Shown: piece by piece, positions 1 through 9,619 of the stretch
Layout of the letters: every line of letters starts with the position of its first letter
How positions within the stretch are numbered: the first letter of the stretch is position 1
Assembly: GCA_015069135.1 (NCBI GenBank)
Contig: SVJE01000006.1
Coordinates: 98,753-162,752 of the forward strand
Length of the DNA stretch: 64,000 bases
Direction: 5' to 3'
Origin: Oscillospiraceae bacterium
GTDB taxonomy: Bacteria > Bacillota > Clostridia > UBA1212 > SIG427
Position numbers and translations under genes: made by a program
Notes under the pieces: generated by a model
Seen by the model: only the letters and a program-made list of their open reading frames with translations
Told to the model about the DNA's origin: nothing
Database searches by the model: none

Positions 1-2
1 AT

Positions 3-1289
3 CCGGAACAGAAGGGGGTTCTCAGTCAGCAAGGTAATTATGTTTCTTCCAGAATAGTTGATGGTAGATTGTATGTTTTTTCCTCTTACAACATATATAC
101 AGGTAATATTGCTAAAGATCAATATGACACATATATTCCTAAGGTGAGTGCGAATGACAAGGAATATTTTGTTCCGGCTGAAAACATTTACTGTTGTCCA
201 TCATTGTCAGGAAGTACCGGTAGGAATTATCTGGTAATTTCCTCAGTAGATACAGAAAATGCTGATAAGTTTATAGATACAAAATCTGTTTTGGGGTTAA
301 ACGGAGACATATACATGAATCAAGATAACCTTTTTATAGGTATGTATAATGGTTGTTACGGAACTGATGATTCTAATGTTACTGATACCACTGCCATAAT
401 CAAGTTTGAAGTTAAAAATGGTATATTTAACAGGGCGGCTTCTTGTATTGTTCAGGGTAAACTTCTTAATCAGTTCTCTATGGATGAATACAAGGGGCAT
501 CTCAGAGTGGCTACTACAGTTTCATATTATGAGGTGAGACAGCAACTAGGCAGCGATGGCAATCTTCCGGTTATGTATGAATATTTTTATGACATATCAG
601 AAAGTAATGATATATATGTATTGAACGAGAAATTGGAAGAGGTAGGTTCTGTTACCGGACTTGCGGAAAACGAATCAATTTACTCTGTACGGTTTGACGG
701 TGACAAAGGATATGTTGTGACTTTTGAACAGGTTGATCCGCTTTTTGAAATTGATTTAAGCAATCCTAAAGCTCCTGCAGTTACCGATTCTTTGAAAATA
801 ACCGGAGTCTCCAGATACCTGCATTTATTTAAAGATGATTTGCTGTTTGGTATAGGAAGTAACGGAACTGTCAACGGACTTGATGGCCGTTTGAAATTGT
901 CAATGTTTAAAGTGAATGACGATGGTGAAAATGTCGAGATTCATAAATACGTTACAAAGCATGATACCAATAGTCCTGCCTTTAATAATCATAAAGCCTT
1001 ATTGATTGATGCTGATAAGAATATTATTGGTTTTCCTATGAGTTCTGCAATAGATGAAGTAAATCATAAAGTAATATTTGGCCAATGTTATACAGTTTTT
1101 TCTTATGATGAAGAAACCGGGTTTAATCAGGAACTTGTGGTTTTTGATAATGACGATGAAAGAGACTATGGCGACACAGTGAGAGGTTTGTATATCAATG
1201 ATGTGCTTTATGTTGTATTTACGAATAAAAATATAAAGGTTTTTGATATGGATAACTTTGAGTTTATTGCCGAAACAGATATTTATTAA
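3..1289 (+). CDS. Secreted beta-propeller domain protein, 5'-partial
   Basis: Frame is open from base 3 (PEQKGVLSQQGNYVSSRIVDGRLY...), so the start is upstream of the window. Motifs GKLLNQFSMDEYKGHLRVATT, ESIYSVRFDGDKGYVVTFEQVDPLFEIDLSNP and LKITGVSRYLH are typical of the Beta_propel family. Confidence 0.85.
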   Translation, partial: PEQKGVLSQQGNYVSSRIVDGRLYVFSSYNIYTGNIAKDQYDTYIPKVSANDKEYFVPAENIYCCPSLSGSTGRNYLVISSVDTENADKFIDTKSVLGLNGDIYMNQDNLFIGMYNGCYGTDDSNVTDTTAIIKFEVKNGIFNRAASCIVQGKLLNQFSMDEYKGHLRVATTVSYYEVRQQLGSDGNLPVMYEYFYDISESNDIYVLNEKLEEVGSVTGLAENESIYSVRFDGDKGYVVTFEQVDPLFEIDLSNPKAPAVTDSLKITGVSRYLHLFKDDLLFGIGSNGTVNGLDGRLKLSMFKVNDDGENVEIHKYVTKHDTNSPAFNNHKALLIDADKNIIGFPMSSAIDEVNHKVIFGQCYTVFSYDEETGFNQELVVFDNDDERDYGDTVRGLYINDVLYVVFTNKNIKVFDMDNFEFIAETDIY

Positions 1290-1365
1290 TTAAATTTATC
1301 CTTTACTAATCCTCTTAAATATGGTTAAATAAACCCATATAAGTTTTATTAAGAGGTACAGGCGT

Positions 1366-2892
1366 ATGACGGTAAAAATGTTAGATAAAGAGGTATGGTA
1401 TGGTCCTTGGGCACACTTAGGTCATGCCATGCCTTTTGATATAAATACAGATATTTCAATCAACTGTTTACCAAGTAATTCGGGCAATCAGGTGCAACCT
1501 TTAATGCTTTCCAATAAAGGTCGATATATATGGGATGATGAAGGCTTCAATGTTGAAATTAAAAATGGCGAGCTTAATTTTACGCGTGGTGAACCTACAT
1601 TGTATGAAGCCGGAAACACTTTGAAAGAGGCTTTCTTGGTCGCCACGAAGGCACATTTTCCTGCTAACGGTAAAATGCCTCCTGAAGAGTTTATACATGT
1701 GCCACAATATAATACCTGGATTGAGCTTACATATAATCAGACGCAAGAAGCAGTTCTTAAATATGCTCATGATATTATTGATAATGGATTTCCTCCTGGA
1801 ATCATTATGATTGATGATAACTGGAGCGAATATTATGGGGGTTGGCGCTTTAATAAAGCAGTATTTCCTGACCCAAAGAAGATGACAGATGAATTACATG
1901 CCATGGGCTTTAAGGTTATGCTTTGGATTTGTCCTTTTATTGGCGCGGACCGTGCAGAATACAGAGAAGCTCGTGGCTTAGGCCTTTTGGTTCACGAAAG
2001 AAACAAAAGAGGAATTGTGAAGCCTAAATTGGTGGAGTGGTGGAACGGTTTTTCAGTGGTACTGGATTTCAGCAACCCTGCTACAGAACCTTGGCTTAAA
2101 GAAAAATTGCAACCATTAATTGATGATTATGGCATTGACGGATTTAAATTGGATGCAGGTGATCCCATGTTCTATGAAGAGGACGATATAACCTTTGCAC
2201 CTACAACACCTAATAAGCAGTGCGAAGCGTGGGCCAGATTTGGTCTGAATTATAAATACAACGAATACAGGGCATGTTATAAGTGTGCAGGTCTTCCTTT
2301 AGTACAGAGGCTGTGCGATAAGAATCATCGGTGGGAAGGTAATGGCCTTGATACATTGGTTCCAAACAGTTTAGCTCAAGGTATTTTAGGATATGCTTTC
2401 ACTTGTCCTGATATGATTGGCGGTGGAGATATATGCGATCTTTCTAATGATTCTATTTCTTTTGATGCGGAATTGTTTATGAGAAATATTGCAGCTGCCT
2501 GTTTGTTGCCAATGATGCAGTTTTCTGCAGCACCATGGAGGGTGCTTTCCAAAGAGTACCTACAGTATTGTAAAGACTTGGTGGCTTTAAGAGCTGAATA
2601 TGCAGACTATATTGTAGAATTAAGTCGTGAAGCTGCTGTTACCTGTGAGCCTGTAATAAGATATATGGAATATATGTATCCCGGTCAAGGCTACGAGAAG
2701 ATAATAGACCAGTTTGTTATAGGGGATAAAATATTAGTTGCACCTATTATTAAAAAGGGTACAATGGAAAGAGACGTTATTTTACCTGAAGGAACTTGGC
2801 GAAATGAAATTACCGGTGAAACATTAGAGGGTGGAGTAACAGTAAAGGTAACTGCAGATCTTAATCAGGTACCTGTATTTGTAAAATGTTAA
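1366..2892 (+). CDS. Glycoside hydrolase family 31 (alpha-glycosidase)
   Basis: PQYNTWIE, IIMIDDNW, GFKLDAGD (nucleophile Asp), PDMIGG and C-terminal ILVAPII motifs; gaggt RBS. Confidence 0.85.
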   Translation: MTVKMLDKEVWYGPWAHLGHAMPFDINTDISINCLPSNSGNQVQPLMLSNKGRYIWDDEGFNVEIKNGELNFTRGEPTLYEAGNTLKEAFLVATKAHFPANGKMPPEEFIHVPQYNTWIELTYNQTQEAVLKYAHDIIDNGFPPGIIMIDDNWSEYYGGWRFNKAVFPDPKKMTDELHAMGFKVMLWICPFIGADRAEYREARGLGLLVHERNKRGIVKPKLVEWWNGFSVVLDFSNPATEPWLKEKLQPLIDDYGIDGFKLDAGDPMFYEEDDITFAPTTPNKQCEAWARFGLNYKYNEYRACYKCAGLPLVQRLCDKNHRWEGNGLDTLVPNSLAQGILGYAFTCPDMIGGGDICDLSNDSISFDAELFMRNIAAACLLPMMQFSAAPWRVLSKEYLQYCKDLVALRAEYADYIVELSREAAVTCEPVIRYMEYMYPGQGYEKIIDQFVIGDKILVAPIIKKGTMERDVILPEGTWRNEITGETLEGGVTVKVTADLNQVPVFVKC

Positions 2893-2917
2893 TTTTACCG
2901 AAAGGAAGTGGCTTTAA

Positions 2918-4159
2918 GTGAGGGCCGAAATTCTGTCAGTGGGCACTGAACTCCTTATGGGTCAGATAGCCAACACAGATGCTGAATATATATCAAAAAG
3001 ATTACCGGAGGTAGGAATCGGAGTATTCTACCACACCGTTGTGGGAGATAATCCCGGACGTTTGGAAGAATGTCTTAAACTGGCTCTCTCAAGAGCAGAT
3101 GTGGTTATAACTACAGGAGGCTTAGGACCTACTCAGGATGATCTTACTAAGGAAACCATAGCTAAAGTGTTGGGTTTGGCTATGGTGGAAGACGAGGAAA
3201 GTATTGGCGCTATAAGAGCTTTCTTTGAAAGAAGAGGCTCGGTTATGGCAAACAACAACTTAAGACAAGGTTGTTTCCCTGAGGGTGCGTTAATACTTAA
3301 AAATGATATGGGTACAGCTCCGGGGTGTGTAATAACCACAGGCGATTCCAAGTATGTTATTATGCTTCCGGGTCCACCAAAAGAGCTTAAACCTATGTTT
3401 GATAATGGGGTAATGCCTTTCTTAAAAGAAAAAGCTCAGAAACCTTTGGTGTCAAAATTTGTAAGAGTTACAGGCGTCGGTGAGTCTTCATTAGAAGAAA
3501 AAATAATGTCCCTTATAGATGGTCAGACAAACCCTACATTCGCAACTTATGCAAAAGACGGTAATGTTACTATAAGAGTTACTGCTTCTGATGAAGATGG
3601 TAACGGAAATCAGCTTCTTGAAGAGGCTGTTGGCAAAATAAAAGACATATTAGGTGATGCGGTATATTCCACTGAGGATGAAGAATTGGTGCAGGTTGTG
3701 CTTAATATGTTAAAAGAAAGAAATCTTGAGATAGCTTGTGCTGAGTCATGTACCGGAGGAAGTCTTGCAAAGCTTATTACTTCATGTCCCGGTTCCTCAG
3801 AAGTATTTCACACAGGTCTTGTTACCTACAGTGAAGACAGTAAAATGAAACTTCTGGGGGTTAAAAAGGAAACTCTTGATAAGTACACTGTTTACAGTGA
3901 GCAAGTGGCAGGGGAAATGGCAGAAGGCCTCCAAAAACTTACGGGAGCCCAGGTTTGTGTGGGTATTACAGGAGTAGCCGGTCCCGGTGGCGGAACTGAA
4001 CAAACTCCTGTTGGAACTGTGTTTATTGGTGTAAAATACAAGGAAAGACTTTCTGTTACGAAACATTGCTTTGCAGGAATGAGCCGTGACAGAGTAAGAA
4101 TATTAAGTGTTGTTAACAGTCTTAATAACATAAGAAAGGAAATGCTTAAAGATGGATGA
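2918..4159 (+). CDS. cinA: Competence/damage-inducible protein A (MoCF-like + PncC domains)
   Basis: AEILSVGTELLMGQIANTDA, TTGGLGPTQDDLTKE, LPGPPKEL and ACAESCTGG motifs. Confidence 0.95.
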   Translation: MRAEILSVGTELLMGQIANTDAEYISKRLPEVGIGVFYHTVVGDNPGRLEECLKLALSRADVVITTGGLGPTQDDLTKETIAKVLGLAMVEDEESIGAIRAFFERRGSVMANNNLRQGCFPEGALILKNDMGTAPGCVITTGDSKYVIMLPGPPKELKPMFDNGVMPFLKEKAQKPLVSKFVRVTGVGESSLEEKIMSLIDGQTNPTFATYAKDGNVTIRVTASDEDGNGNQLLEEAVGKIKDILGDAVYSTEDEELVQVVLNMLKERNLEIACAESCTGGSLAKLITSCPGSSEVFHTGLVTYSEDSKMKLLGVKKETLDKYTVYSEQVAGEMAEGLQKLTGAQVCVGITGVAGPGGGTEQTPVGTVFIGVKYKERLSVTKHCFAGMSRDRVRILSVVNSLNNIRKEMLKDG

Positions 4160-4928
4160 AGAAAAAATAATAGAGGAGATTTCTGTAAAGGAAAATACAG
4201 AAAGAAAGAAAAATAAATATAAGAATATTCTATCCTGGGTGGCAACTATTCTGGCGGCATTTGTTGTTGCGTTACTTATCAATACATATGTATTCAGAAC
4301 CAGTATGATATATGGTTCTTCCATGTATCCTACATTGGAAAACGGACAGGTTGTTACACTTTCCAAGCTCCCCTATTTTTTTTCTGAGCCTGAGTTTGGA
4401 GATGTTATAGTTCTGGATTCAGAAAGTGTATATTATACCTGTAATGCCTGCGGAACCCATACCGGCTTATTAGAAGCAGGTCCTACATGTCATCAGTGGG
4501 ATAAAGCCAAGGGCACTGTATGTAATGATGTGTTTGACGAAAAAGACAAGTATAAGGATCCGGGCTTTTTTGGTAATCTTGCCCTGTCTCTTAAATACAA
4601 TGTGATAAGTCAGAAATTATTTGGTGTTGATAACCAACAGGAACGTTTCTGGATTAAACGTGTTATAGGAGTAGCAGGGGATACTATTGAGTTTAAAGAG
4701 AATACATTTTACCTTAATGGTGAAGAAATAGAAGAAAGTTATGTAAATACTGAAATATCACCTCAGTACGATAATGTGTATCACAATGCATATGTTAACG
4801 CTTCACTTACAGTACCTGACGGTTATGTTTTTGTGATGGGTGACAACAGAGGTGCCAGCAAAGATAGTCGCCTTATGGGTGTAGTACCTATTTCAGCAAT
4901 TATAGGAAAAGTAACTTCAGGGGTGTAA
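4152..4928 (+). CDS. lepB: Signal peptidase I with Cys/His-containing insertion
   Basis: N-terminal TM segment, GSSMYPTL (Ser), WIKRVIG (Lys), FVMGDNRGASKDSR. Confidence 0.92.
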   Translation: MDEEKIIEEISVKENTERKKNKYKNILSWVATILAAFVVALLINTYVFRTSMIYGSSMYPTLENGQVVTLSKLPYFFSEPEFGDVIVLDSESVYYTCNACGTHTGLLEAGPTCHQWDKAKGTVCNDVFDEKDKYKDPGFFGNLALSLKYNVISQKLFGVDNQQERFWIKRVIGVAGDTIEFKENTFYLNGEEIEESYVNTEISPQYDNVYHNAYVNASLTVPDGYVFVMGDNRGASKDSRLMGVVPISAIIGKVTSGV

Positions 4929-4930
4929 TT

Positions 4931-5542
4931 ATGTACATAATAGCTGCAACACATAACAAGAATAAATTAAGAGAATTTGGTGAGATTTTTGGCTGCCCGG
5001 TTCATTCAGCATCAGCTCTTGGTGCCTGTTCTGATCCTGAAGAAACAGGTATTACTTTCAGTGAAAATTCCAAAATCAAGGCAACAGCTATATATGATGA
5101 ACTTATGGAAGTGGGAAATTTACCTGAAGGTGATTTCTGGGTAATAGCTGATGACTCAGGTCTTTGTGTAGATGCCTTAGACGGTGCCCCAGGTGTGTAT
5201 TCTGCAAGATATGCAAGTACAGACGGACACAATGCAACGGATGAAGAAAATGTGGAAAAACTTCTTAAAGACCTTGAAAACGTTCCGGAAGAAGAAAGAA
5301 AGGCTGCCTTTGTGTGTGCTATTACTGCTGTTAACCGACAGGGAGAGGTACATACTGCAGAAGGTTTTCTTAAGGGATATATTGCTTTTGAACCTGTTGG
5401 CAACGGAGGCTTTGGTTACGATCCTGTTATGTATATAAAAGAGAAGGCCAAGACCGTTGCAGAGATGACTCCGGATGAAAAAAATGCTATCAGCCACAGA
5501 GGTCAGGCTCTTAAAGTGCTTAAGGAGAAAATATGGTTCTGA
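4931..5542 (+). CDS. rdgB: Non-canonical purine NTP pyrophosphatase (RdgB/HAM1)
   Basis: ATHNKNKLRE, ADDSGLCVDALDGAPGVYSARY, GFGYDP and KNAISHRGQAL motifs. Confidence 0.95.
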   Translation: MYIIAATHNKNKLREFGEIFGCPVHSASALGACSDPEETGITFSENSKIKATAIYDELMEVGNLPEGDFWVIADDSGLCVDALDGAPGVYSARYASTDGHNATDEENVEKLLKDLENVPEEERKAAFVCAITAVNRQGEVHTAEGFLKGYIAFEPVGNGGFGYDPVMYIKEKAKTVAEMTPDEKNAISHRGQALKVLKEKIWF

Positions 5543-6684
5543 TACAAAAGTGTTCTACTTATGACAGAGAAGTTATATTAGAGAGAGTAAAAGAAATATT
5601 TGAAAAAAACGGTGGTATAGAAAAGTTTGCTTCTCCCGGTAAAAAGGTCGTTATTAAACCTAACTTGGTAAGCAAAAAGTCACCGGAAGCGGCTGCTACT
5701 ACCCATCCGTCTTTAGTATGGGCTGTAGCTACTTTGTGTAAAGAGGCCGGAGCCGATGTTGTTATTGCTGAAAGCTCCGGAGGACCTTATGAAAAACCTC
5801 TGATGAAAGCTTTATACAGAGCCACAGGTATTGAGCAGGCTGCTTTGGACAGTGGTGCTATACTTAACTATGACCTTACTGAAACAAAGGTGGATAATCC
5901 TGGGGCTAAGTATCTTAAGAGCCTTAATATAATAACCCCGGTGGCAGAAGCAGACACTGTAATAAGTCTTTCTAAACTAAAGACTCATGGCATGATGGTG
6001 TATACAGGTGCTGTCAAAAATCTTTTTGGTGTAATTGCAGGTCTTCAGAAGGCTGAATATCACATGAAAATGTCAGACTACGATGAATTTGCCGATTGCA
6101 TTATAGATATATTTTTATCTGCAAGGGTGTCCCTTAATATTATTGATGCGGTGGTAGGCATGGACAGAGACGGTCCTACTGCAGGCGATCCTAAGAAAAT
6201 GGATCTTCTTATATCTTCCACTGATGCTTTTGAGGCTGATATGACAGCTCTTGAAATTATAGGAGTTAAACCTGAAAGAGTACCTGTTTTTAAGAATGCT
6301 ATAAAAAGAGGTTTGGTGAAAGAGAATACAAAGGACTTTGATTTTGCAGGAGGATTGAAACCATCAGATGTTTTGGTGCCTGATTTCAAGGTAAAATATA
6401 ACGATCAGCTTAATAACCTATATTTTATTAAAGGTCCATTTGGCAAATGGTTTTCTAAGATAATAAGACCAAGACCGGTATTTCACAGAAATAAATGTAA
6501 AGCTTGCAGAGAATGTGAAAAATGTTGCCCTGCTAAAGTTATTACCGTAACTAAGGAAAAAGGTGCAAAGGTAAACTTGGATGGTTGTATCAGATGTTAT
6601 TGCTGCCAGGAACTTTGTCCTTTCAAAGCAGTAACTATAAAGAAACCGCTATTAAATAAGTTGTTTATAAGGAGTAAAAAATAA
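5533..6684 (+). CDS. DUF362 domain protein with C-terminal 2x[4Fe-4S] ferredoxin
   Basis: VVIKPNL, LSKLKTH, GAVKNLFG; CKACRECEKCCP and CIRCYCCQELCP. Confidence 0.9.
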   Translation: MVLIQKCSTYDREVILERVKEIFEKNGGIEKFASPGKKVVIKPNLVSKKSPEAAATTHPSLVWAVATLCKEAGADVVIAESSGGPYEKPLMKALYRATGIEQAALDSGAILNYDLTETKVDNPGAKYLKSLNIITPVAEADTVISLSKLKTHGMMVYTGAVKNLFGVIAGLQKAEYHMKMSDYDEFADCIIDIFLSARVSLNIIDAVVGMDRDGPTAGDPKKMDLLISSTDAFEADMTALEIIGVKPERVPVFKNAIKRGLVKENTKDFDFAGGLKPSDVLVPDFKVKYNDQLNNLYFIKGPFGKWFSKIIRPRPVFHRNKCKACRECEKCCPAKVITVTKEKGAKVNLDGCIRCYCCQELCPFKAVTIKKPLLNKLFIRSKK

Positions 6685-7190
6685 TGAATATAGTTTTGGT
6701 AGAGCCTGAGATTCCGCAGAATACAGGTAATATTGTAAGAACTTGTGCCGGATGTAACGCAAGATTGCATTTAATAAGACCTCTTGGTTTTTCTACAGAT
6801 GATAAATATCTTAAGAGGGCTGGTCTTGATTATTGGCATTTTGTTGATATAAATTATTATGATAGTTTTGAAGAATTGGTGGAAAAGGCAACTTCAGAAA
6901 ATAATGGAGTTAAACCTAATTTCTACTACGGCACTACAAAAGGTAAAAAACGTTATAGTGACATAACATATACCAATGATGATTATCTTGTTTTCGGTAA
7001 AGAAACAAAGGGGCTTCCGGAAAGCCTTTTAGCGGAGAATTATGACCATTGTATCCGCATTCCTATGAGGGAGGAATTCCGTTCCCTGAATCTTTCAAAT
7101 GCCGTGGCAATTGTTATTTTTGAGGCTATGCGTCAGTTAGGTTTCCCGGATATGGAAACAGAGGGCGCTTTAAGAGATTATGATATGTAA
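6684..7190 (+). CDS. trmL: tRNA (cytidine/uridine-34-2'-O)-methyltransferase
   Basis: LVEPEIPQNTGNIVRTC, KRAGLDYW, VFGKETKGLP and RSLNLSNAVAI motifs. Confidence 0.95.
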   Translation: MNIVLVEPEIPQNTGNIVRTCAGCNARLHLIRPLGFSTDDKYLKRAGLDYWHFVDINYYDSFEELVEKATSENNGVKPNFYYGTTKGKKRYSDITYTNDDYLVFGKETKGLPESLLAENYDHCIRIPMREEFRSLNLSNAVAIVIFEAMRQLGFPDMETEGALRDYDM

Positions 7191-7205
7191 AGGGAGGCTT
7201 GAAAT

Positions 7206-9074
7206 ATGAAATTAGGATTTAAAGGCGATTATTCAGAAGTTAAAAAAGGTATTGAGATTTTACAGAAAAGACTTGGTTTTGTTCCGGTGTTTGATGGCGA
7301 GGGTGAACTTACCATTGATGTTTCTGTAGACAATAGCCATGCTCTTTGTTATAGCATTAAAGGTAATGAGGGAAGTATAAGCTATGAAAAGCCATGTAAC
7401 TTTTTCAGAGCTCTGGCACTTGGTTTGGCTGCATATAAAAGAGGAGAAGCGGTTAATAGATCTGAAGACAGTAATTTTACCATGGATGGCGTTATGGTAG
7501 ACTGTTCAAGAAATGCTGTACCCACTGTAGCAGGGGCTAAAGATATGCTGGAGGCAATGGCGTGTATGGGTCTTGATATGATGATGCTTTACACTGAAGA
7601 TACATATGAGATTCCTGAATTGCCATACTTCGGTTACATGAGAGGCAAGCTTTCACAGGCTGAAATTAAGGAGATTGATAAGTATGCTATTGACCTTGGT
7701 ATTGAGCTTATTCCTTGTATCCAGACAGCGGCTCACCTTATGCATGCCCTTAAATGGCCTTGGGCAGATCCTATCTGGGATTTTATTGATGCTTTGCTGG
7801 TTGGTGAAGAAAAGACTTACGAGTTCCTTGACAAGGCTATTAAGAGTTGCGCTGATACTTTCACCACAAAGAGAATACATATCGGTTATGATGAAGCTAT
7901 CTGGGTTGGCAGAGGTAAGTATTTAGAACGCCACGGTTATGAGAAAAACACAGTTCTCTTGCAGAGACATTTAGTAAGAGTTAAGGAAATTCTTAAGAAA
8001 TATGACCGTATTCCTATGATGTGGGGAGATATGTACCTTAATATGTACAATGAAAACGGCACCAAGGAAGAAGATGGGATGGGTGTTGTTTATTGGAACT
8101 ACTATGAGCATGAACAGGAAACTTATGAGAAGACTATAGATAAGTACAGAGAATTTTCTGATAATGTTATCTTTGCCGGCGGTTCCTGGACATGGGGTAT
8201 GTTGGTAGCTCCATACTATCAAACTTTAACTACAACTATGCCTGCCCTTCGCGCTTGCGTTACAAAGGGTGTTAAAGAAGTGCTGGCCACTATGTGGGGT
8301 GATGACGGACAGGAAACAACCTGGTTTGCAGGACTTCCTGGACTTCAGATGTATGCAGAGTACAGATACTGTGGCAAGGACATAGATTCTGTAACAGAGG
8401 AACTGATTGCTTCACGTATGAAAGATTGTATAGGTGCTGATTTACAGGCTTTTAAAGATATGGCAAGAATTGATCTTTTCAAGGATGCTAAGGAGTACAG
8501 GGAGTTTCCGGGAAATCCTTCTAAAGCAGTGCTCTGGTCTAACCCTATGATGAGTGTTTATGACAAGGATTTGGAGAATGCAGGAAAGCTCTTTGATTTA
8601 GATGCTCACTATCAGGAATTTGCTGACAAGCTTAAGGTTCACGCTAAATCCGGCAATGCTTATTCTTGGTTGTTTGAATTCCCTGCAGAATTGGCTTCTT
8701 TCTGTAAATCAAAATGGAGCTTAGGTTTAAGACTTAAGAAGGCTTATGATGAAGGGGATAAGGTAACTCTTGGTAAAATAGCAGACGAGATGGTTTCTTT
8801 AATTGAACAGGCTAAACTCTTAAGAGAACTCCATAAGAAACAGTGGTTCATGAACTGTAAGTCTTTTGGTTGGGATGTAATGGATGTACGTTACGGAGCT
8901 CTTGTAAATCACATGGAAACCGGTGTAGAGAGAATCAGATTTTATGTAGAGGGTAAAATTGAAGTTCTTGAGGAACTGGCTCAGGAAAGACTTCCTTTCG
9001 GAGAAACAGTAGATGAAATGGGCCGTATGGGAGTTACACATTGGAATAGAGTAGTTACAGGTTGTCCGTTGTAA
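7206..9074 (+). CDS. Glycoside hydrolase family 20 (beta-N-acetylhexosaminidase-like)
   Basis: VMVDCSRNAV, ELIPCIQTAAH, IHIGYDEA (catalytic DE pair) and TMWGDDG motifs. Confidence 0.85.
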   Translation: MKLGFKGDYSEVKKGIEILQKRLGFVPVFDGEGELTIDVSVDNSHALCYSIKGNEGSISYEKPCNFFRALALGLAAYKRGEAVNRSEDSNFTMDGVMVDCSRNAVPTVAGAKDMLEAMACMGLDMMMLYTEDTYEIPELPYFGYMRGKLSQAEIKEIDKYAIDLGIELIPCIQTAAHLMHALKWPWADPIWDFIDALLVGEEKTYEFLDKAIKSCADTFTTKRIHIGYDEAIWVGRGKYLERHGYEKNTVLLQRHLVRVKEILKKYDRIPMMWGDMYLNMYNENGTKEEDGMGVVYWNYYEHEQETYEKTIDKYREFSDNVIFAGGSWTWGMLVAPYYQTLTTTMPALRACVTKGVKEVLATMWGDDGQETTWFAGLPGLQMYAEYRYCGKDIDSVTEELIASRMKDCIGADLQAFKDMARIDLFKDAKEYREFPGNPSKAVLWSNPMMSVYDKDLENAGKLFDLDAHYQEFADKLKVHAKSGNAYSWLFEFPAELASFCKSKWSLGLRLKKAYDEGDKVTLGKIADEMVSLIEQAKLLRELHKKQWFMNCKSFGWDVMDVRYGALVNHMETGVERIRFYVEGKIEVLEELAQERLPFGETVDEMGRMGVTHWNRVVTGCPL

Positions 9075-9089
9075 AAAGCAGTGTTATTT

Positions 9090-9126
9090 TGGAGGTTGTC
9101 CTTGAATGGGGCAACCTCTTTTTTGC
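9090..9126 (+). terminator. Intrinsic terminator after GH20
   Basis: gaggttgtcc-ttgaatg-gggcaacctc followed by a T-run. Confidence 0.8.
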
Positions 9127-9173
9127 CTGGCTGAATAAGTTAAAAAGCTATTGATGACTAGGTCAATCAACTG

Positions 9174-9233
9174 TTGACAAATTTGTCTATTTGCGATAGA
9201 CTGAACTCGACGAAGTGTCTATCGCGAGTAGAC
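9174..9233 (+). promoter_or_regulatory. Sigma-A promoter overlapped by two palindromic BlaI-type operators
   Basis: TTGACA (9174-9179), 17 bp, TAGACT (9197-9202). Palindromes GTCTA-N7-TAGAC at 9185-9201 and 9217-9233, 32 bp apart, directly upstream of a BlaI-family repressor. Confidence 0.7.
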
Positions 9234-9254
9234 AAAAACGGAAGGAGCTTTATC

Positions 9255-9608
9255 ATGGAAGAAATTAGATTAGGTTTAGTTGAATCTCGTTTCGCTGATA
9301 TAGTCTGGCGGAATGAACCATTATCCACTAAAGAACTGGTGGCTATATGCCAAAAAGAACTAAATTGGAAACGTACTACCACATATACAGTTCTTAAAAA
9401 GTTATGTGAACGAGGTATTTTTGAAACAGAGAACAGCACAGTGACTTCGTTGATTTCAAAAGAGCAGTTTTTCTCGATTCAAAGCGAAAAATTTGTTGAT
9501 GAGACTTTTAACGGTTCTCTTCCTGCGTTTGTTGCTGCTTTCACTGCCAGAAAAACTCCAACAGCGGAGGAAGCAGAAGCAATCCGTAAAATGATTGATA
9601 AGTTTTAG
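9255..9608 (+). CDS. BlaI/MecI/CopY family transcriptional repressor
   Basis: ESRFADIVWRNEPLSTKELV, WKRTTTYTVLKKLCERG, FNGSLPAFVAAF. Start moved to ATG 9255 behind a gaaggag RBS. Confidence 0.92.
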   Translation: MEEIRLGLVESRFADIVWRNEPLSTKELVAICQKELNWKRTTTYTVLKKLCERGIFETENSTVTSLISKEQFFSIQSEKFVDETFNGSLPAFVAAFTARKTPTAEEAEAIRKMIDKF

Positions 9609-9619
9609 GAGGTGCAACT

